Below, piece after piece: positions 13,896 to 25,522 of a DNA stretch of 64,000 nucleotides. This stretch comes from Octopus sinensis (taxonomy: Eukaryota): NCBI RefSeq assembly GCF_006345805.1, contig NC_043005.1, positions 50,034,001 through 50,098,000 of the forward strand, given 5' to 3'. Made by a program: the position numbers and the translations under genes. How positions within the stretch are numbered: position 1 is the first letter of the stretch; each line of letters starts with the position of its first letter. Below the pieces are notes generated by a model. The model saw only the letters and a list, made by a program, of their open reading frames with translations, made no database searches and was not told the origin of the DNA.

Positions 13896-14839
13896 ATGCT
13901 GGTAATAAAGGGCCTCTTGCTCAAAGTGAAAGGTAGACTGTGTGATGTATGTGTGCAAACAGCTAAGCTACATGGCAGTGAAACATGGGCTGTGACTGCT
14001 GAAGACGTGTATAGGCTTGAAAGAAATGGAGCTAGTATGCTCCGTTGGATGTGTAATGTCGGTGTGCATACATGATAGAATGTAAGTGCCCCGAGAGAAA
14101 AGTTGGGCATAAGAAGTATCAGATGTGGTGTGCAAGAGAGATGACTGCACTGGTATGGTCATGTCTTGTGTATGGATGAGGATAGTTGTGTGAAGTAGTG
14201 TCACACCCTAACAGTGGAAGGAACTTGTGGAAGAGCTAGACCCAGGAAGACATGGAATGAGGTGGTGAAGCATGACCTTTGAATGTTGGGCCTCACAGAG
14301 ACAATGACAAGCAACTGAGATTTTTGAAGACACGCTGCGATTGAGAAGACCCGGCGAGTCAAATGAGATCGTAGCCATGGCTGATGCCAGTGTTGCATAA
14401 CCAGCCTGTTTAAATATACCCTTCAATTGTCTGGCAATAGGCTTTGCTTGAGAAGACCTGTTGAGTCAAGTGAAATTGTAGTCATGGCTGATGCCAGTGC
14501 CATCTGACTGGCACCCGTGCTGGTGGTACGTAAAAAGTACCATTCGAGCATGGTTGATGCCTGTGCTGCCTGACTAGCTCCCATGCTGGTGACATGTAAA
14601 AAGCACCGTTCAAGCGAGGTCAATGCCAATGCCACCTGACTGTTCCCCATAGTGGTGGGACATAAAAAGCACCCACTACACTCTCAGAGTGGTTGGCATT
14701 AGGAAGGGCATCAAGCTGTAGAAAACTTGCCAGATCTGATTGGAGTCTGGTGCAGCCTCCTGGCTTGCCAGTCCTCAATTATACCGTCCAACCCATGCCA
14801 GCATGGAAGGCAGACATAAAATGATGATGATGATGATGG
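13896..14839 (+). mobile_element. RTE-clade LINE 3' end (ORF C-terminus + 3' UTR + (GAT)n tail)
   Basis: KGLLLKVKGRL...LHGSETWAV...LHWYGHVLCMDEDSCV...GRARPRKTWNEVVKHDL with in-frame stops. The UTR contains GGCACGTAAAAAGCACC-type repeats; tail is GATGATGAT. Confidence 0.92.
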
Positions 14840-14867
14840 GAAATACACACACACACACACACACACA

Positions 14868-16537
14868 TGTATCTATATATGTGTATGTGTGTGTATAGTG
14901 AGAGAAAGAAAGAGAGAGACAAAGAGTGAGAATGGAGAGAATATATACACATATATACATGCATATATATTCTTTTATTCTTTTACTTATTTCAGTCATT
15001 TGACAGTGGCCATGCTAGAGCATTGCCTTGAAGGATTTTTGTCCAACAAATTGACTATAGGACTTATTTTTTTTAAGCCTAGTACTTATTCTATTGGTTT
15101 CTTTTGCCAAACTGCTAAGTTACACGGACATGAAAACACCCACACCAGTTGTCATGTGGTGATGGGAGGGACAAACACAGACACAAAGACACACACACAT
15201 GTAGATATATACAATATATATATATGTTCTTCTTTTTGCCTTTGTGAGTTACAAATATTGTTATCTGTGGAGACATATTTTGTAGAAAAAGAAATAGCGG
15301 TCTTTTGGCTGCTATTTCTAAAATTTTTCGGTATGTGGTGAAGCAACTTGTTGTTAAACCCTTAATTATTGTTATAATTATATATATATATATATATATG
15401 TTTATAAATTTATACATACATACATAAAACAGACTTCTTTTAGTTTCCATCAACCAAATCCAAGGCTGTGGTCAGCCTCTTTACTCTTTACTCTTTCACT
15501 TGTTTCAGTCATTTGACTGCGGCCATGCTGGAGCACCGCCTTTAGTTGAGCAAATTGACCCCGGGTCTTATTCTTTGTAAGCCCAGTACTTATTCTATCG
15601 GTCTCTTTTGCCGAACTGCTAAGTGACGGGGACGTAAACACACCAGCATCGGTTGTCAAAGCAATGCTAGGGGGACAAACACAGACACACAAACACACAC
15701 ACACACACACATGTATCTATATATGTGTATGTGTGTGTATAGTGAGAGAAAGAAAGAGAGAGACAAAGAGTGAGAATGGAGAGAATATATACACATATAT
15801 ACATGCATATATATTCTTTTATTCTTTTACTTATTTCAGTCATTTGACAGTGGCCATGCTAGAGCATTGCCTTGAAAGATTTTAGTCCAACAAATTGACT
15901 ATAGGACTTATTTTTTTAAAGCCTAGTACTTATTCTATTGGTTTCTTTTGCCAAACTGCTAAGTTACACGGACATGAAAACACCCACACCTGTTGTCAAG
16001 TGGTGATGGGAGGGACAAACACAGACACAAAGACACACACACATGTAGATATATACAAATATATATATATGTTCTTCTTTTTGCCTTTGTGAGTTACAAA
16101 TATTGTTATCTGTGGAGACATATTTTGTAGAAAAAGAAATAGCGGTCTTTTGGCTGCTATTTCTAAAATTTTTCGGTATGTGGTGAAGCAACTTGTTGTT
16201 AAACCCTTAATTATTGTTATAATTATATATATATATATATATATGTTTATAAATTTATACATACATACATAAAACAGACTTCTTTTAGTTTCCATCAACC
16301 AAATCCAAGGCTGTGGTCAGCCTCTTTACTCTTTACTCTTTCACTTGTTTCAGTCATTTGACTGTGGCCATGCTGGAGCACCGCTTTTAGTTGAGCAAAT
16401 TGACCCCGGGTCTTATTCTTTGTAAGCCCAGTACTTATTCTATCGGTCTCTTTTGCCGAACTGCTAAGTGACGGGGACGTAAACACACCAGCATCGGTTG
16501 TCAAAGCAATGCTAGGGGGACAAACACAGACACACAA

Positions 16538-16576
<39 letters not shown>

Positions 16577-17641
16577 CACGAGGGCTTCTTTCAGTTTCCG
16601 TCTACCAAATCCACTCACAAGGTATTGGTCGGCCCGGGGCTATAGCAGAAGACACTTGCCCAAGATGCCACGCAGTGGGACTGAACCCGGAACCATGTGG
16701 TTGGTTAGCAAGCTACTTACCATACAGCCACTCCTGCGCCTATAGCCTGAGGCTATAGTAGAAGACATTTGCTCAAGGTGTCATGCAGTGGCACTGAACA
16801 CAGAACCATGTGTTTGGGAAGCAAGCTTCTTACCATACAGCCAGGCACATCACCACCTATACTCACACACACACGTGTGTGTGTGTGTATATATTATTCA
16901 ACAAGAATATTATTGATAGTGACTTTGAAATTTTGGTCAGTTAAGCCATTGTCAGACTGATGACAATGGCTTAACTGGCTAAAATTTTGAAATCACTATC
17001 AATAATAATCTTGTTGAAGAATAATAAATTTTCTTCTACAAAAGTATAGTGTAAACCCATCAAATTAATGTAAAACTGTTTTTATTATAACTGACCATAA
17101 AAACGAACACTAACATATACATGTGTATGTGTATACACACACACAAACGTATGCACATAGATAGATTTAGTTATACATACACACACATAAATATCTCTAA
17201 ATATCTATGACTCACTCTTTCTGATGACAAAGAAATGCAAGAAGTCTGTATCACACCACTTCAATATGGCAATACACTCCCATCATGCAATGCAATTACT
17301 AAAGCAATAAAAACATAAATTTCATTTATAGCAATGGTTCTCAAGCATGGTCCATATGCCCTTTGGGGGTCTACGTGACACTTGGAGTCCATACAAGATT
17401 TTGTTGTTAAAATGTATGCACAAATAATTGATTCTGCTTCTTAATATACAAAATATTTTAAGAATTTTTCAAAACATAAGCAGAGGCATGGCTGTGTAGG
17501 AAAAAGCTTGCTTCCCAACCACTTAGTTCTGAGTTCAGTCCCACTGTGTGACACCTTGGGTAAGTGTCTTCTACTATAGCCTCAAACCGACCAAAGCCTT
17601 GTGAGTGGATTTGGTAGATGGAAACTGAAAGAAACTTGTCG

Positions 17642-17673
<32 letters not shown>

Positions 17674-17961
17674 TATAAATTTATACATACATACATAAAA
17701 CAGACTTCTTTTAGTTTCCATCAACCAAATCCAAGGCTGTGGTCAGCCTCTTTACTCTTACTCTTTCACTGTTTCAGTCATTTGACTGTGGCCATGCTGG
17801 AGCACCGCTTTTAGTTGAGCAAATTGACCCCGGGTCTTATTCTTTGTAAGCCCAGTACTTATTCTATCGGTCACTTTTGCCGAACCGCTAAGTGACGGGG
17901 ACGTAAACACACCAGCATCGGTTGTCAAAGCAATGCTAGGGGGACAAACACAGACACACAA

Positions 17962-18002
<41 letters not shown>

Positions 18003-19079
18003 CACGAGGGCTTCTTTCAGTTTCCGTCTACCAAATCCACTCACAAGGTATTGGTCGGCCCGGGGCTATAGCAGAAGACACTTGCCCAAGATGCCACGCA
18101 GTGGGACTGAACCCGGAACCATGTGGTTGGTTAGCAAGCTACTTACCATACAGCCACTCCTGCGCCTATAGCCTGAGGCTATAGTAGAAGACATTTGCTC
18201 AAGGTGTCATGCAGTGGCACTGAACACAGAACCATGTGTTTGGGAAGCAAGCTTCTTACCATACAGCCAGGCACATCACCACCTATACACACACACACAC
18301 ACACACGTGTGTGTGTATATATATATTATTCAACAAGAATATTATTGATAGTGACTTTGAAATTTTGGTCAGTTAAGCCATTGTCAGACTGATGACAATG
18401 GCTTAACTGGCTAAAATTTTGAAATCACTATCAATAATAATCTTGTTGAAGAATAATAAATTTTCTTCTACAAAAGTATAGTGTAAACCCATCAAATTAA
18501 TGTAAAACTGTTTTTATTATAACTGACCATAAAAACGAACACTAACATATACATGTGTATGTGTATACACACACACACACACAAACGTATGCACATAGAT
18601 AGATTTAGTTATACATACACACACATAAATATCTCTAAATATCTATGACTCACTCTTTCTGATGACAAAGAAATGCAAGAAGTCTGTATCACACCACTTC
18701 AATATGGCAATACACTCCCATCATGCAATGCAATTACTAAAGCAATAAAAACATAAATTTCATTTATAGCAATGGTTCTCAAGCATGGTCCATATGCCCT
18801 TTGGGGGTCTACGTGACACTTGGAGTCCATACAAGATTTTGTTGTTAAAATGTATGCACAAATAATTGATTCTGCTTCTTAAATATACAAAATATTTTAA
18901 GAATTTTTCAAAACATAAGCAGAGGCATGGCTGTGTAGGAAAAAGCTTGCTTCCCAACCACTTAGTTCTGAGTTCAGTCCCACTGTGTGACACCTTGGGT
19001 AAGTGTCTTCTACTATAGCCTCAAACCGACCAAAGCCTTGTGAGTGGATTTGGTAGATGGAAACTGAAAGAAACTTGTC

Positions 19080-19110
<31 letters not shown>
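14868..19110. repeat. Compound local tandem duplication a-b-a-b-C-b-C
   Basis: Period about 842 bp (14868-15705 / 15709-16560) and about 1426 bp (16577 / 18003). Junctions fall inside (CA)n/(TA)n. Confidence 0.92.
16897..17018. repeat. Hairpin with about 58-bp arms and a 6-nt spacer (second copy 18329-18450)
   Basis: ...AAGCCATTGTCA-GACTGA-TGACAATGGCTT... Confidence 0.9.
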
Positions 19111-19111
<1 letters not shown>

Positions 19112-19561
19112 CCTTGATAAATTTGATAGGTTTAGCCAGTATAGGCCCAGGCCATGTCTAACTTAATACACCACCTGGTGAAGTCTTTTAGTCCATATAT
19201 GAGGCACCATGGCTCATTCTAGCAAAGAGTTATTATTGTTGGAGACATATCCAGGTGTAGGAGGTTGGTCCGGGATTTTTTGAAGAAATTTGTTCCAGTG
19301 AACATTTGAATTTTATGGGATCTGTTTCTGTTTTGATGTATTTTGGCATAGTATTAAAGAGAGCTTGACCGGTTGGAGTAAAGTAATTGTGACATGATGT
19401 TACTGTGTGTTCCGAGTTCAATTTTTGTAGTGGGCGGATAGCATGGGGGACAAGTCTTGGACGGATTTTAAAATTGATGCTAACATCATTTGTGCAATAT
19501 TGATGGAATAATTTTCCACATCACACAAATGATGTAGCTCTCCTGGCGGCATTGGAGAGAG
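19111..19561 (-). mobile_element. CR1-group (CR1/L2/Crack-like) LINE 3' end
   Basis: SLQCRQESYIICVMWKII...GQALFNTMPKYIKTETDPIKFKCSL/KFLQKIPDQPPTPGYVSNNNNSLLE. Ends against (TA)n. Confidence 0.75.
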
Positions 19562-19766
19562 ACCCCATGCTCAGTTGGTACTTATTTTACCAATCCTAAA
19601 AGGATGAAAGGCAAAGTCAACCTATATAAGGGTAAAGTAAAATAAACAAAGAATATACATACTAGGTATAAAAGCAATGACTTTTTTTTATAAAAGAAAA
19701 TCCTCCTCAAATCATTTATTTGTATACATATATTTGTCTTTGTTTTTATAAAAACCTGTTTCTGTT

Positions 19767-19800
<34 letters not shown>

Positions 19801-19821
19801 TTATATGTATATATATATATA

Positions 19822-20045
19822 TAAATCGTTTTGGGATTTTGTTTGCCAGATTCTTTATATGAGTTCGTGTGTTGAAGCATATTCTGTTGTGTCTGGGGAG
19901 AGTAATTTTCTTTTTGTGCCTTATAATATAACACACTCACCGGTAAAATTTCCACTTACTTCTTATTTTTATTTTCCTAAAATTTTCGTTGCGTCTTGCA
20001 ACCTTTTCAATAGTTTTGACTCTGATCATTATTTACACTGCGTTC
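19822..20045 (-). mobile_element. Interspersed repeat with U3-A8 HHR-like motif, abutting (TA)n
   Basis: The same sequence recurs at 36671-36835, with a partial inverted copy at 36838-36960. Confidence 0.6.
19977..20013 (-). ncRNA. Minimal hammerhead-like motif, U3-A8 core variant
   Basis: Minus strand: CUA-UUGAAAA-G-GUUGC-AAGAC-GCAAC-GAAA-AUU-U-UAG. Perfect 5-bp stem II, AAUU palindromic stem III, 3-bp stem I. A second copy lies at 36774-36809. Confidence 0.5.
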
Positions 20046-20738
20046 CTTTTTGTTTGTTTGTGTGCAAGTGTGTGGGTCAGTGTGTGTGTGTGCCTATACA
20101 TGCATGCATGTACGTATGCATGTATGTGTGTATGTATATATATATATATGCATGTGTGTGTATGTATATGTGTGTATACATATGTATATATGTATGTATG
20201 TGTGTGCATCTGTATGTATGTATTCTGCATATTCATGTGATTGCATGTCCGTGTTTGTGTATTTTCTATGTATGTGTGAGCATGTGTTCCGAGTATAATA
20301 TTGTGTTTGGTACCTTAAAGCCCCTGCTGATCCCTAATAATTTTTAACAGAGACATAAGCTCAGAAAATTAACTCTTTCGTTACTATATTTCTGTCTGTT
20401 TTGGTTTTTTTTAATTAATTGTGAATATAATTCTTTTATTTTTTTACTTGTTTAAGTCATATTACTGTGGCCATACTGGACCACTGCCTTGAAGGTTTTT
20501 TTTTGTTTTTTAATCCAACAAATCGACACTAGAACTTATTTCTTAAGCCTAATACTTATTCTATCATCCCCTTTGATGGATTGCTAAGTTACAGGGGTAT
20601 AAACACACCAACACTCACTCTCAAGTGGTAATGGGATGACAAACAGACACAAAACATACACATACACACATACATACATACATACATACGTACGTACATA
20701 CATATATACATACATACATACATACATACATACATACA

Positions 20739-20769
<31 letters not shown>

Positions 20770-20773
<4 letters not shown>

Positions 20774-21023
20774 CATAGTAGAGCAGGCTGGTTTATGGGT
20801 TACCCTGGATTTCTTGCTCATAAGGGGTTTAGCCTTACGGCATATCTTCAGACCCCAAAAGCTGCTGGCCTGAGACCTCTTTAAAATATTATGATATTTA
20901 AGATATTTTAAAGAGATCTCAGGTCAGCAGTGTTTGGGCTCTGAAAATAGGCTGTAAGGCTAAACCCCTTATGAGCGAGAGACCCAGGGTAACCCCATAA
21001 ACCGGCCTACCACACTATGATAT
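20770..21023. mobile_element. Fold-back MITE of undetermined superfamily
   Basis: About 115-bp inverted arms, TATCATAGT...GGGTTACCCTGG / CCAGGGTAACCCC...ACTATGATA, with an AT-rich centre. Confidence 0.8.
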
Positions 21024-21103
21024 TAACTGCTCTACATCTTAGAGTGTACCTCTCCCCTGGATTTATGTATTTCTACAAATGATCCTATACATATATATAT
21101 ATA

Positions 21104-21327
21104 AGTTCAGCAAAAATTTAGATTCAGATGAATATGGTACTTAAGTTAAAGGCACCAGAATTTGGTATGGTATTATCCATATAAATCAAATGGGGTGATT
21201 ATAATCACTGTGGCTGAAGAGTGCTCTACATTTTAAAACTGATGTAATACTTACATTGTTTAATTAAATGAAGTAGCATGAAACGATTGTACTACACTAC
21301 CTTTGGATATCCTTGTTGCTTATTTTG

Positions 21328-21332
<5 letters not shown>
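21104..21332 (+). mobile_element. About 230-bp non-coding HHR-bearing element flanked by (TA)n on both sides
   Basis: Unique sequence between TA runs. Contains the module shared with the 51.5 kb element and the plus-strand HHR. Confidence 0.6.
21209..21296 (+). ncRNA. Type I hammerhead ribozyme motif, long stem II, GUA cleavage triplet
   Basis: UGUGG-CUGAAGA-GUGCU...AGCAU-GAAA-CGAUUG-U-A-CUACA. 5-bp stem I, 5-bp stem II base, 59-nt stem II region. Homologous to the 51.6 kb motif. Confidence 0.78.
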
Positions 21333-21387
<55 letters not shown>

Positions 21388-21842
21388 ATATATATATTTG
21401 ATAGGCTTCTTTAAGTTTCTGTCTACCAAATCCACTCACAAGGTTTTGGTTGGCCCAAGGCTACAGTAGAAGACACTTGCCCAACTTTATCATTATTAAA
21501 CTATATCAGGAATATAAATTAGCATGAAACTAATGTGAGTGGTTTTAATTTAGATCAGATTGAAACAAGAATCTTGTACCAAAGAACCTGGTGCAGTTTC
21601 AGGTAGATTGGTAGGATTTGATCAGGTAGATTGGTAGAACACTAGTTGATCAAACTGACCCTAGTATTTGACTGTTACTTTATTTTATGGACCCCAGAAG
21701 GATAAAGGGCAAAGTTGACCGTGACATGATTTGAGCTCTGAATGTAAGGGGCTATAATTAAAACCACAAGCCATTTTGTTCTGCTACTCAACCGATTATG
21801 ATATCTCTGCAAAATTAATATAAAATAAAAAAAAAGTGTTAC

Positions 21843-22003
21843 CTGATTAGCCTTGGGTAAACATTCTAAAATACTAAGCATGAGTTTGGCACTTCCATCA
21901 GGGTCTCCTGGAAGACGCACGGTAAGAGCGTCCAACAACATTTGATACAACACATTAGTAAATAGTGGTTCTGGAAGTTCCCTTAGATAATCCTTTAGAA
22001 CTC
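21843..22003 (-). CDS. syd-1: Internal coding exon of a Syd-1/RhoGAP100F/SYDE-family RhoGAP (middle of the RhoGAP domain)
   Basis: Minus strand reads tttatttgtttcttttcttctctttccag|GAGTTCTA...GCTAATCAG|gtaac, with a strong polypyrimidine tract and AG/GT sites. 161 bp = 2 nt + 53 codons: (G)VLKDYLRELPEPLFTNVLYQMLLDALTVRLPGDPDGSAKLMLSILECLPKANQ. LKDYLRELPEPLFT is the RhoGAP core; the LP.DP.G.AKLMLSIL.CLP.AN segment matches insect Syd-1/RhoGAP100F as I recall it. Confidence 0.92.
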
Positions 22004-22103
22004 CTGGAAAGAGAAGAAAAGAAACAAATAAACATAAGTATACAGATTAAGGATCATTCTTTTACCTTCTTAGGCTTTGTGTGTGTGTGTGTATGTGTGT
22101 GTG

Positions 22104-22153
<50 letters not shown>

Positions 22154-22830
22154 GTGTGTGTGTGTGTGTGCGTGTAACAGTTTCTTTCAAAATTTCCAAG
22201 TCTGGTGGGAGAATATTATCCTCAGAATGAAGAATGGGCATGAATTCTAGTAATAGAGAGGACACTACAAACAAAAGATGTCAAAATGTTGGTGTAAAAC
22301 CAGGTGAGGGATTTAGAGTACCACTTAAGATGAGGGACATTCTCTAAGATAGGCTTCCATAGAAGTTAATCTTTATTATTATTAATTATCCTGTACATTA
22401 CTGTCTCAATTACTTGGATATGGTTTCCATGGTGTATAAGTGACTGAGGTCTCAACATTCCCTATGGTTGCCAGTCCATCATAGGGCTACTTACTTACAG
22501 TTAAGTGAACTGGAGCAACTTGAAGTAAAGGGTTTAGCTCCAGAACACAATGTACCAACTAAGACAGAAATGTTTGCTGTTTTCTTTTGTATTTTACCCT
22601 AGTACTGCCAGTGTCATGTGGTCAATAAAAGAAATTATTACTGATTTTTTCCTTCTTCGGCAGTTTCATACAAATTTCATATGGCATCATCTTGGACACC
22701 TCTGTGTTCCTAAGGCGTACCATTCAGGAAGTCCTGCAAGCTGCAGTTTGCCCATGACTAATTTATAAATTTACTTTATTAGTACTGACCTGGAGCAAAA
22801 CAACACAACAACAAAGAACTGCCAATTATA

Positions 22831-23754
22831 TTGGGTCATCCCATAAATAATGCATTTTTAAAAATATTTTTTTTATTTTTCAAAATTAAGATAAACAAAG
22901 TTCTTTTTTAATCTAAAATATACTCTCCTTCATTTTCTACAATGCTCTTCGATCTATCTGGTAGACTTGTAAGGCCCCCTCTTCCAAAATTCACTTGTGC
23001 GTGACGAAAAATACTCCTCCAGTATTGTTCAGGCCTTGTCTACAGAATTCATATTTTTTCCATCCAAATGATTCTGAAGACTGCAGAATAAATGATAATC
23101 AGATGGAGCAATGATTGGCGAATATGGTAGATGGGGCACCGCTTCCTATTCAAACTGCTCCAGCCTTTAGAATGTCATCTTCACTGTATGTGGCTGAGCA
23201 TTATCCTGATAGAAGAACACATTTTGTCTTGAAACTAAAGATGGTCATTTTCTGATGGCATGAAGGTGTTGATGGATGATTGAATGACCAAACCCAAGCT
23301 TTACTACTTTCTCAATAGTTACGATAGGGTTTTGTTCCATCAGGGTTTGCAGGACATCTTCGTCAAGCTCTACAGATCTTCCAAGATGAGGCTTATCTTT
23401 TAGACTGTAGTTTCCAGCTCGGAATTTCTGGAACCACCATTGACACTGGCTTGCACTTACTGTCTGATCTCCATGTACTGCATTAATATTCCTTGCACTT
23501 TCCATTGTGTTGTTGCCTTTATCGAATTCATTAAGTAAAATATGTCGAATATGCTCCTTTGTCACTTCCATTATAGCTTTGAAAAAATAACTGTTAAAAT
23601 AGAACTGCACTTTTCAAAACTTGCATTAAGAATAAGGTCAAGGTAAAATTACTACCTGCTTTTATAGCAAGTTGATGCAGGTAGTTTATCCCATCCCCCT
23701 CTGACTTTTAGTTCATGCAATTGAAAAAACTACATTATTTATGGGATGACCCAA
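22831..23754 (-). mobile_element. Internally deleted mariner (924 bp) with intact TIRs and TA TSD
   Basis: TIR TTGGGTCATCCCATAAATAATG at both ends. HTH region MEVTKEHIRHILL...QWWFQKFRAGNYSL is joined directly to QDNAQPH...PYSPIIAPSDYHLF...EGEYILD*. Confidence 0.95.
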
Positions 23755-24227
23755 TATATTGGGATGCGATTCGAATTCAGTTGGTTGTACTTGTTTTACT
23801 ATAAAATTCAATATCTTGTTTTGTCTTTTCTCATTCACTTGCGTCAGTCATTGAACTCTGGCCAAGCTGAAGCACTGCCTTGAAGGATTAGTCAAAGAAA
23901 TCAACCCAAACATTTATTTTTTCTTTTAAAGCCTGGTACTTATTCTATCGGTCTCTTTTTGCCAAACCACTAAATCGTAGGGACATAAACAAACCAATAC
24001 CGGTTTCAAGCAGTGGAGGGGACAAACAGAGACACTAAGATACTCCATTTGTTGTCTTTTCACCTCATCTTTGTGTTTTCTTTATTTTGGAACTACACAC
24101 ACACACACATATGTATATGTATGTATATGTATATATATATATATATATATACAATAAGAGGCTTCCAAATAAGAAAGCGTTGTGCTAGAAAGAGCAGTAG
24201 AAATCTCAAGACCACATATATATATTA

Positions 24228-24283
<56 letters not shown>

Positions 24284-25441
24284 GACAGGCTTCCTTCAAT
24301 TTCCATCTACCAAATCCTTTCACAAGGTTTATTTATTTTTGGATTATATATGTATGGCAAATATCTTTCAGTTTCTGTCTACCATATCCACCCACAAAGC
24401 TTCGGGTTGACCCAGGGCTATAGTTGAAGGCACTTGCCCAGGGTGTTGGCACAGTGGAACTGAAACTGGGACCATGTGGTTGAGAAGCAAAGTTTTTACC
24501 ATACAGCCCATGTCTTCGACAGCTGATGGAAATCAGTCAACCAAAGTACATTTTATCAAAAATAGTTGACAGGAAAAAGAATAAGCAAAAAAAGAAAATG
24601 CAATTGATCAGTATTGATTGATCAAAGTAACAGTTGCTCAAAAGAACAAACATTAAAATAAGGTTACAGTGTCACATTTTACTGAGATAACTTTCTTATT
24701 AAGAATGCAAAAACCTATGTAGTTTTACGTGTGTGTGTGAGCGAGTGAGTGTGTGCGCGCGTGCACGTGTGTGTGTGTGTGCATGCGTGCACATGTGTGT
24801 GTGTGTGAGTAAGTGTGTGTGTGTGAGTGTATGTGTGTGAGTGAGTGTATACTTGTGAGTGAGTGTGTGTGTGTGTGTGTGAGTGTATGTGTGCGAGTGT
24901 ATGTGTGTGTTTGTGTGAGTGTGTGCCCATGTCTGTCACGTCTATACTTACAGTTTACAACTGGTGATTTTAGGCTGTAAATGTAAATATGAAAGGCACT
25001 CACTCACACACACGCACACACACAGACACACACGGACACAGAAACACACGCACTCTTTTATATCTGTGTATTTCTTTTACTTAACTTAACTTAATCAAAT
25101 CAAACTCACTATTTATTTCTAAGTTTGGTAACTTATTCCATTGGTGTCCTTTTGCCAAACTACTAGCTTACAGGGGTACGAACAAGCCAGTACTGTTTGT
25201 TAAGTGGTAAAAGACAAACATAAAGATGGGTGCACAAATACACACTCATGCATAGACAAACATATATAAGCATGTTCGTGTATACATATATATATATATA
25301 TATATATATGAAATTGCAGTAGAGTCCACTCGAACAGACAGCCATGTTAAAGTGGCTATGAATATTACTTGTATATATATATATATATTCAAATATATGT
25401 ATATATGTATGTATGTATGAATGTATGTATGTGTATATATG

Positions 25442-25507
<66 letters not shown>

Positions 25508-25522
25508 ATATACATATATATA

